Part shown: positions 57,422 through 64,000 of the stretch, one piece after another
Numbering within the stretch: position 1 is the stretch's first letter
Layout: the number at the start of each line of letters is the position of its first letter
Assembly: GCA_041082215.1 (NCBI GenBank)
Contig: JBDOIF010000111.1
Coordinates: 1-64,000 of the forward strand
Source: Anaerolineae bacterium
Lineage (GTDB): Bacteria > Chloroflexota > Anaerolineae > B4-G1 > DUEL01
Direction of reading: 5' to 3'
Length of the DNA: 64,000 nt
The notes under the pieces: generated by a model
What the model saw: the letters and a program-made list of their open reading frames with translations, nothing else
Told to the model about the DNA's origin: nothing
The model's database searches: none
Position numbers and translations under genes: made by a program

Positions 57422-59560
57422 ATGGCCCTTCCGTTATTCGCCGTCGGCTTCACCGCCGTCGTCGGGCAGGTGCTCCTGATGCGGGAGCTGGTGGCTGCCT
57501 TTTACGGCAACGAGCTCCTCTTTGGCCTGATCCTCGCCGCCTGGCTGGCCTGGGGAGCGGTAGGGTCGGCGGCGGCGGCCCGGTGGCGGCGGGGAGTCGG
57601 GCGGACGGTGGGGCCCGGGCTGGCTCTGGCAGCCCTCCTGCTTCCGGCCCAGCTCGGGCTGGTGCGGGGTGTGAGGGACCTCCTGGGCGTGCCGCCGGGG
57701 GCTTTTGTAGAGCTGGCGCCGACGGTGCTGGCAGTGATCCTGATCCCCGCTCCCCTCTGCGCCCTCCTGGGCGGCCTCTTTTCGCTTGCCGCCCGCTCCC
57801 TCCCAGGCCCTGCCGCCGGTGCCCGGGCCTACCTCTGGGAAAGCGCCGGATCGGTGACGGGAGGCATTCTCTTCAGCTTCGTCTTCATCCACTGGCTCGA
57901 CCCCTTCCAGATCGCACTGCTGGTCGGTTCCCTCGACCTGGCCCTTGCCATGCACCTCCGCCTCTCCGCCTCTCCGCGTCCCCGCGTCCCCGGGTTCCCC
58001 TATCTCCGTGTCCTCCTGCTTTGCGCCCCGGCTTTCCTTCTCCCCGTCTCCCTGGCCCTGGGCCGTGCCCTCCACACCGCTACCCTCGCCTGGCAGTGGT
58101 CCGATCTGGCCTTCGCCACCGACTCCCCTTATGGTCGGCTGACCATCCTGGCCCGGGGCGAGCAGCGGGCCTTCTTCGAAAACGGCGCCCTCTCCTTCGA
58201 AACCCAGTCCACCTTTCCAGAGGAAGTGGTCCATTTCCCCCTCCTGGCCCACCCGGCCCCCCGTTCGGTGCTCCTGGTGGGTGGGGGGGTGGGAGGGGAC
58301 CTGCGGGAGGCGCTCCGCCACCCGGTGGAGGAGGTGGTGTACGTGGAGCTGGACCCGGCGGTGATCGAGGCGGCGCGGACGCACCTACCGCCCCAGGAAT
58401 CTGCGGTGCTGGACGATCCCCGGGCCCGCCTGGTCCTCACCGACGGCCGCCGCTACGTGCAGACAGCCGGGCGGACCTTTGATGTGGTGATCCTGGACCT
58501 GCCGGAGCCTTCCACCGGTGCTCTCAACCGGTTCTACACTGTGGAGTTCTTTGCCGAGGTAAGGGCAGTCCTGACCCCCGGTGGGGTCTTCTCCCTCGGC
58601 CTCCCCTCGGCCGAAAACTACTGGAGCCCGGAGCTGGCCCGACGCAACGGCAGTGTCTACTGGAGCCTGCGGGAGGTCTTCCCTGAGGTGCTTGTCCTGC
58701 CGGGGGAGCACACCTTTTTCCTGGCCTCCGACCGACCCCTCCCCACCGACCCGGCGGTGCTGACAGGCCGGATGGCGGAGCGGGGAATCGAAGCCCGCTG
58801 GGTGACCCCCGCCTATGTCGAGTATGTGCTCACCACAGACCGGTTCTCTCAGGTACAGGCAGAGCTTCTGGAAATGGCGGACGTGCGGCGAAACCGGGAC
58901 CGATGGCCGGTCTGTTACTATTACGACCTGGCGCTCTGGCTTTCCCGCTTCTACCCGGGCCTTCGCCCTCTTTTCGAGCAGGCCAGGCCGGTCAGCCTGA
59001 TCTGGACGGCGATGGGGCTGGCGGTCCTGGCCGGACTGGCCCGGTGGCGAAAGCGGGCCATCCCTTTTGCGGTGGCGGTGGTGGGGCTGACCGAAATGGG
59101 GCTGGAGATGGTGGTGCTCCTCAGCTTCCAGGTGGCCCACGGTACGCTCTACGGGCGGGTCAGCCTGGTGGTGACCGGCTTTATGGCCGGGCTGGCGGGA
59201 GGGGCTGCCGTGGGGCGACGGCTCGCCGGTCGGGCCCGGCCGGTGCTCCTGGGAGTGCTGGGAGGGCTGGCCTGCCTGGCGGTAGGGATGGCACTGTTGC
59301 CGCTGGCGTTGCCGGAGGCGGCCTATCTCCTGCTGGCGCTGACGGCCGGCGGGCTGGGGGGGATGGCCTTCCCTCTGGCCGTGGCGCTGGCCGGGGGGGA
59401 GGAGGGCCAGACGGCGGGGCTTCTCTACGCTGCCGACCTGGCCGGTGGATGCCTGGGCGCGCTCGCCACCGCAACCCTGGCTATCCCCCTCCTCGGCCTG
59501 GGTCAGACAGCCTTTACCTTAGCGCTCGCAGGGCTGGCAGGGATAATGGCCGTCTGGTGA
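57422..59560 (+). CDS. Membrane-bound spermidine synthase-like protein (TM domains fused to a SAM-binding domain)
   Basis: LLVGGGVGG, VELDP, DGR.Y, DVVILDLPEP, YAADLAG. Confidence 0.85.
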   Translation: MALPLFAVGFTAVVGQVLLMRELVAAFYGNELLFGLILAAWLAWGAVGSAAAARWRRGVGRTVGPGLALAALLLPAQLGLVRGVRDLLGVPPGAFVELAPTVLAVILIPAPLCALLGGLFSLAARSLPGPAAGARAYLWESAGSVTGGILFSFVFIHWLDPFQIALLVGSLDLALAMHLRLSASPRPRVPGFPYLRVLLLCAPAFLLPVSLALGRALHTATLAWQWSDLAFATDSPYGRLTILARGEQRAFFENGALSFETQSTFPEEVVHFPLLAHPAPRSVLLVGGGVGGDLREALRHPVEEVVYVELDPAVIEAARTHLPPQESAVLDDPRARLVLTDGRRYVQTAGRTFDVVILDLPEPSTGALNRFYTVEFFAEVRAVLTPGGVFSLGLPSAENYWSPELARRNGSVYWSLREVFPEVLVLPGEHTFFLASDRPLPTDPAVLTGRMAERGIEARWVTPAYVEYVLTTDRFSQVQAELLEMADVRRNRDRWPVCYYYDLALWLSRFYPGLRPLFEQARPVSLIWTAMGLAVLAGLARWRKRAIPFAVAVVGLTEMGLEMVVLLSFQVAHGTLYGRVSLVVTGFMAGLAGGAAVGRRLAGRARPVLLGVLGGLACLAVGMALLPLALPEAAYLLLALTAGGLGGMAFPLAVALAGGEEGQTAGLLYAADLAGGCLGALATATLAIPLLGLGQTAFTLALAGLAGIMAVW

Positions 59561-59577
59561 GACCTCCGTCAGCTCGT

Positions 59578-59770
59578 CAGGTGTATTTCAGTTTGGGGGC
59601 GAGATGTCCCTGGCCTGGGCCGGACCTGGGGAAACACGAATGGCGCGAATGGAAACGAATACCGCGAATGGAGCAGGTATCCCTCCTGTTCGCTGTATTC
59701 GGGCCATTCGTGGGATTTGCGATCCACCGGCGAGCGGGAGGACCACTCGCCCCGAAATTGAAATGCGCCC
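59578..59770 (+). mobile_element. MITE family A, copy 2 (193 bp)
   Basis: Same TIRs and body as copy 1; AGCTCGT duplicated at 59571-59577 and 59771-59777. Confidence 0.85.
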
Positions 59771-59777
59771 AGCTCGT

Positions 59778-59992
59778 GAGTCTGTAACAGATTAGTAGGT
59801 GGAGTTGAAAAAGAGCTATCAGCCCTGTATCCTCTGGTTGATCAGACCATCCAGGGAGAAGCGGGCTGATGGCAGGGGCAATTGTACTTCAAGCAGTCCC
59901 GTGGCTATTATGGCCCCGACGCCTCCAAACCCTGGGTGCGATCCCTTCGCCACCAGGTCCACCTCTATCACCTACTAAACTGATACAGACTC
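59778..59992. mobile_element. MITE-like element family B (215 bp)
   Basis: 24-bp TIRs matching 22/24: GAGTCTGTAACAGATTAGTAGGTG / CACCTACTAAACTGATACAGACTC; no convincing coding sequence. Confidence 0.7.
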
Positions 59993-60092
59993 CGCCCAAA
60001 CTTGCCAACTTGCATTTCTCTCAATTTTATGGTAACCTGATGGCGATTGGATGGCCCATCGCTGGATTCCTTTGCCAGGAAGAGAGGGCAGA

Positions 60093-61127
60093 ATGAATAC
60101 GTTGCTTAATTTCTATAACGCGCGGAAAACGCAACTCTCTTTCCTCACCGGCGCGATTCTGGGGTTATTGCTGGGCCTCCTGTTTGCCTGGGTCATCTGG
60201 CCCACCTCCTACTATAATGCCACCCCTCCTATGCTGCGTCAGGATTTCCGCGATGACTACCTGGTGTGGGTGGCCAAAGAGTTTGCCGCCACCGGCGATC
60301 TGGAACAGGCCCAGACCCGGCTGGGCGTATCCTTCTGGAAAAAAGAAAAGCCGGAGGAGGTGCTGGAAGACCTGGCCCAACGTCGGGGGGGAGAGGCAGC
60401 CGATGACCTCCGCGCCCTGGCACGGGCGCTTTCCCAGGCGCCTCCACCTTCAGCCGCAGAACGCCCCTCCCTCCTTCAGCGGCTGAAGCCAGCCTTCCAG
60501 GTCTGTGGCGCCGGGCTGCTCGCCGCCGCCCTGGCCGCCCTGGCCTATATCGGCCTCTCCCGCCTGCGCCGACGCGCCCCCCGCCCCGTCTCCGAGCGGG
60601 CCGTCGCCACCCACGCCGTCACCGAACCGCTCCGCTGGGAGGAAAAAGCCCCCCCCCTCATCCAGTTTAAAACCACCTACACGCTGGGCGATGACTTCTA
60701 CGACCCCTCCTTCAGCATCGAAAAAGAGGACGGGGATTTTATGGGGGAGTGCGGCGTGGGGATCTCGGAGGCCATCGGCGTCGGAGACCCCAAGAAGGTC
60801 ACCGCCCTGGAGGTCTGGCTCTTCGACAAGAACGACATCCGCACCGTCACCAAAGTGCTGATGAGCGATTTCGCCTTCCACGACGAGGCGCTGCGGGCCA
60901 AACTGGCGGCCAAAGGGGAACTGGCCCTGGCCCGGCCCGGAGCAGAAGTTGTCCTGGAGACGGCCACCCTGATGCTGCGGGCACGGGTGGCAGATATGGA
61001 ATACGGTCAGGGGCAACTGCCACCCAACAGCTTCTTCCAGCGCGTCACGCTGGAGCTGGGGATCTGGATCAAGCCTGAAGGGGAGGCCCCCTCTGCGCCG
61101 GGGTTCACCACACCACCCACCCTTTAG
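60093..61127 (+). CDS. Hypothetical two-TM protein
   Basis: Long ORF with an RBS, two TM helices and a globular C-terminal domain (GECGVGISE..FDKNDIRT). Confidence 0.7.
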   Translation: MNTLLNFYNARKTQLSFLTGAILGLLLGLLFAWVIWPTSYYNATPPMLRQDFRDDYLVWVAKEFAATGDLEQAQTRLGVSFWKKEKPEEVLEDLAQRRGGEAADDLRALARALSQAPPPSAAERPSLLQRLKPAFQVCGAGLLAAALAALAYIGLSRLRRRAPRPVSERAVATHAVTEPLRWEEKAPPLIQFKTTYTLGDDFYDPSFSIEKEDGDFMGECGVGISEAIGVGDPKKVTALEVWLFDKNDIRTVTKVLMSDFAFHDEALRAKLAAKGELALARPGAEVVLETATLMLRARVADMEYGQGQLPPNSFFQRVTLELGIWIKPEGEAPSAPGFTTPPTL

Positions 61128-61163
61128 ACCCATCCGACGCGAGGGGGAGAGCGCCTGCCGCCT

Positions 61164-61192
61164 GGACCCCACCTTTCCCCAAGGTGGGGTCC
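61164..61192 (+). terminator. Hairpin, probable terminator
   Basis: GGACCCCACCTT-TCCCC-AAGGTGGGGTCC followed by TTATTT. Confidence 0.5.
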
Positions 61193-61247
61193 TTATTTAC
61201 GGCAGTTCATAAAGGCGTGCAGAAGAGATATGGTGAGAATCGTCAAA

Positions 61248-61913
61248 ATGGGCCGGAAGCTCCATCTCTGGTGGTCGTTCGTGCGGACTTTCTTCCGCCT
61301 GCTCTACGGCCCTCTTGCCTGGACCTACGACGGGGTAGCCTGGCTGGTCTCCCTGGGGAAATGGACGGCGTGGGGCCGGGTGGCGCTGCGCTACCTGGAC
61401 CGTCCTCCGGTGCTGGAACTGGCCCACGGGCCGGGCCATCTGCTGGTGACGATGACACATCAGGGTCTGGCCCCGGTAGGGCTCGATCTCTCCCCTCAGA
61501 TGGGGCGGCTGGCACGAAGGAGGCTCCGCCGAACAGGGCTGCCGGTCCGGCTGGTGCGGGCCTGCGCCCAGGCGCTCCCGTTCGCCAGCAATGCCTTCCC
61601 GGGCATCGTCGCCGCCTTCCCCACCGAGTTCATCCTCGATCCCCGTACAGTGCAGGAGGTGATGCGGGTGCTCTCCCCAGGGGGAACCCTGGCCATCGTC
61701 GCTGGCTCCCGCCTGACGGGGCGGGACCCCCTTTCTGCCTTCCTGGAGTGGCTCTACCGGATAACGGGGCAGCGGGAGCCGCTCCCTCAGCCCGGAGATA
61801 CGATCTGGGGAGAAAGCGGGCTGAACCTGCGGGCCGAGTGGGTGCCAGTGGGACGGAGTCAGGTGCTGGTAGTCACAGGCGGTAAGCAGAGTTCAGGCTT
61901 CAGAAGGGCCTGA
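61248..61913 (+). CDS. Class I SAM-dependent methyltransferase
   Basis: VLELAHGPG, GLDLSPQM, ALPF, RVL.PGG. Confidence 0.85.
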   Translation: MGRKLHLWWSFVRTFFRLLYGPLAWTYDGVAWLVSLGKWTAWGRVALRYLDRPPVLELAHGPGHLLVTMTHQGLAPVGLDLSPQMGRLARRRLRRTGLPVRLVRACAQALPFASNAFPGIVAAFPTEFILDPRTVQEVMRVLSPGGTLAIVAGSRLTGRDPLSAFLEWLYRITGQREPLPQPGDTIWGESGLNLRAEWVPVGRSQVLVVTGGKQSSGFRRA

Positions 61914-62921
61914 GACGCGGGGCCTGAACTCTGCGACTTTGCCGTGCCGGGCGGCGACGATCTCCGCCAGGATGGCGACCGCGATCTCCTCTGGCGACCG
62001 CCCCCCCAGGTCCAGCCCCACCGGCCCGTGGATGCGGGCCATCTCCTCCTCGGAGAGACCACGCTCCGCCAATGCCGCCCGCCGTCTGGCCTGTGTCTTG
62101 CGGGAGCCCAGGAGGCCGACGTACCCCACAGGGCTTTTCAGCGCCACCTCCAGCGCCGGGACGTCGAATTTCGGGTCGTGGGTGAGGATCACCACTGCGT
62201 CCTGAGATCGGAGGTGCTCCGGCCCCAGCGCCTCCTGGGGCCAGGCGACCACCAGCTCGTCCGCCGTGGGGAAACGCTCCCGGGAGGCGAAGGCCCGCCG
62301 CCCGTCCACGACCCGCACCCGAAAGCCTATCACCTGGGCCAGACGGACGAGGGGCTGGGCCAGGTGGACCGCGCCGACGATGGTGAGGGTCGGTGGGGCA
62401 GAGAAGACCTGGACAAAAAGATCGCCCCTGGCCCGCTGGCGCAGCTCCACCACCGGCCCCGAAAAGACCCCCGCCATCTCGGCGGCCAGGTCGGCCACAC
62501 CTTCCCACCGCCCGTCAGGCCAGGCCAGGAGGTGACCGTCCCCTCCCAGATGGGTGATCAGCGCCACCGTCTCGTCCTTCTCCAGCGTGGCGAGAAGCCG
62601 CCGATGGATTGGGGCCAGCGGCTCCAGGTAGATCTCGATCGTGCCGCCACAGGCCAGCCCCACCTCCCAACCGCCTTCGTCCACCACCCCGTATTGCAGC
62701 CTCCTGGGCCGCCCGCTGTCGAGGACCTCCTGGGCTTCCTGATAGACCGCTCCCTCCACACATCCCCCGCTCACCGAGCCGGCCATCCCCCCATCATCGG
62801 TCACCGCCATCTGGGCGCCAACAGGACGTGGAGAAGGCCCCGCCGCCCGGATCACCGTTGCCAGCGCGATGCGGCGGCCTTCGGCAAGCCAGCGATTCAA
62901 ATCCTCTGAAAGCTCTCTCAT
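61893..62921 (-). CDS. XdhC/CoxI family molybdoenzyme maturation factor
   Basis: GSVSGGCVE, GLACGG, THDPKFD, HGPVGLDLG..PEEIA. Confidence 0.92.
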   Translation of the reverse strand: MRELSEDLNRWLAEGRRIALATVIRAAGPSPRPVGAQMAVTDDGGMAGSVSGGCVEGAVYQEAQEVLDSGRPRRLQYGVVDEGGWEVGLACGGTIEIYLEPLAPIHRRLLATLEKDETVALITHLGGDGHLLAWPDGRWEGVADLAAEMAGVFSGPVVELRQRARGDLFVQVFSAPPTLTIVGAVHLAQPLVRLAQVIGFRVRVVDGRRAFASRERFPTADELVVAWPQEALGPEHLRSQDAVVILTHDPKFDVPALEVALKSPVGYVGLLGSRKTQARRRAALAERGLSEEEMARIHGPVGLDLGGRSPEEIAVAILAEIVAARHGKVAEFRPRVSGPSEA

Positions 62922-62955
62922 CTCTGTACCTGGAATGGGGTGAGCGCCTCGATAG

Positions 62956-63142
62956 CAGGTGTATTTCGGTCTGGGGGCGAGATGTCCCTGGCCGGACCTG
63001 GGGAAACACGAATGGCGCGAATGGAAACGAATACCGCGAATGGAGCAGGTATCCATCTTATTCGCTGTATTCGGGCCATTCGTGGGATTCGCGATCCACC
63101 GGCGGGCGAGAGGACCACTCGCCCCGGAATTGAAATACGCCC
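62956..63142 (+). mobile_element. MITE family A, copy 3 (187 bp, small internal deletion)
   Basis: Same TIRs and body; TCGATAG duplicated at 62949-62955 and 63144-63150. Confidence 0.85.
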
Positions 63143-63150
63143 TTCGATAG

Positions 63151-63669
63151 CTAGAGCGGCTCGATGACGGCGAGCGTCTCCCCCTGGGCTACTTCCCGAT
63201 CCGCACTGGCGAAAAGGGCGCGCACCACACCGGTTCGGGGTGCGCGGAGCTCCAGATGCATCTTCATGGACTCCAGAACCGCCACCACATCCCCCTCGGC
63301 TACCCGCTCACCCGGCCTCACCCGCACCTCCACCAGCAGCCCCGGCAGAGGAGCTCTGATCTCCTGCGGGTGCGGGTCTTCGGACCCCGCGCCCTTTCTG
63401 CGGGGGGCAAATGGCAATGCGGATAAACATCCCTCTTCCAGGCGGGCCCTGTAGGGCCGGCCGGCTACTATTATCTGGCTTTCCCCATCCTCTGTCAACT
63501 CCACCTGCGCCTCGTAGGAGCGGTGCTCGACCAGCAGGGAGCAGAGGGAATTTCCGTCCATCCCCTCCAGATCCACCCGGACCGGCCGCCGGTCCACCCA
63601 CACCTGCCCCTCCGGCCCCACCTCGATCTCATAGGTCCGCCCCTCGACGACGACCCGGTATCTCACCAT
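63151..63669 (-). CDS. Biotin carboxyl carrier protein
   Basis: APLPG; ESMKM biotinylation motif. Confidence 0.92.
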   Translation of the reverse strand: MVRYRVVVEGRTYEIEVGPEGQVWVDRRPVRVDLEGMDGNSLCSLLVEHRSYEAQVELTEDGESQIIVAGRPYRARLEEGCLSALPFAPRRKGAGSEDPHPQEIRAPLPGLLVEVRVRPGERVAEGDVVAVLESMKMHLELRAPRTGVVRALFASADREVAQGETLAVIEPL

Positions 63670-64000
63670 TCTCCTCCCCGCAACTGCTCCCACCGTCCCA
63701 GCATCTTCCACCGGCTGACGGGCTGCCTTTCCGCCAGCAGTCCTCCCGTCCGTCTCCGCCAGTCCATCAGCGCCGCCGTCAGCGCTGCGGCCAGGCAGGC
63801 CTCCTCTTCCGGCTCCGGTGGTGCGAACTGCTCCTCCAGAAAACGAGTGTGGAACTGCCCCCCGAAGAAGCGATGGCTATTCAGAAGCGCCCGGTGAAGG
63901 TCCAGGTTGGTTGTGACGCCGAGGATCATGTACTCCTCCAGCGCCCGTCGCATGCGGACGATGGTCACCCCTCGCGTCTCCCCCCAGGCCACCAGCTTCG
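63663..64000 (-). CDS. Biotin carboxylase subunit of an acyl-CoA carboxylase, C-terminal part (truncated by window edge)
   Basis: KLVAWG..R...RM.RAL.EY.I.GV.TN..F..G.FHT.FL. Confidence 0.9.
   Translation of the reverse strand, partial: KLVAWGETRGVTIVRMRRALEEYMILGVTTNLDLHRALLNSHRFFGGQFHTRFLEEQFAPPEPEEEACLAAALTAALMDWRRRTGGLLAERQPVSRWKMLGRWEQLRGGEW

Noticed and set aside
1..64000. CRISPR array or cas genes
   Set aside because: No regularly spaced 25-40 bp repeats with unique spacers; the ladders have 7-10 nt periods and no cas-like ORF is present.

Overview
This is a high-GC bacterial chromosomal window with no CRISPR array, prophage or transposase gene. Its gene content and protein style suggest Chloroflexota/Anaerolineae (inference). 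It holds mostly housekeeping and metabolic genes: dnaK-dnaJ-prmA, smc, rsfS, rlmN, nnr, coaE, and a tRNA-Thr/rpmG/tRNA-Trp/secE/nusG/rplKAJL cluster lacking tuf and rpoBC. It also carries methylmalonyl-CoA mutase and epimerase, a KimA-like transporter with two TrkA genes, an acylase/ACD/AOR/kinase operon, tpiA and biotin carboxylase genes. Four things stand out. (1) A single 949-aa ORF fuses a degenerate ECF sigma-like domain, an intact histidine kinase, an anti-sigma-like segment, a TM helix, a FecR domain and a Pro/Thr stalk. (2) A 474-aa LAGLIDADG intein sits in a DUF362 protein. (3) There are three copies of a ~190-bp MITE with 7-8 bp target duplications, plus a second, unrelated TIR element abutting one copy. 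(4) A dense set of GTAG-type REP palindromes and 7/8/9-mer repeat ladders marks gene ends; several supply stop codons and one lies in-frame inside a gene. All product calls come from motif recognition by eye; no database search was run.
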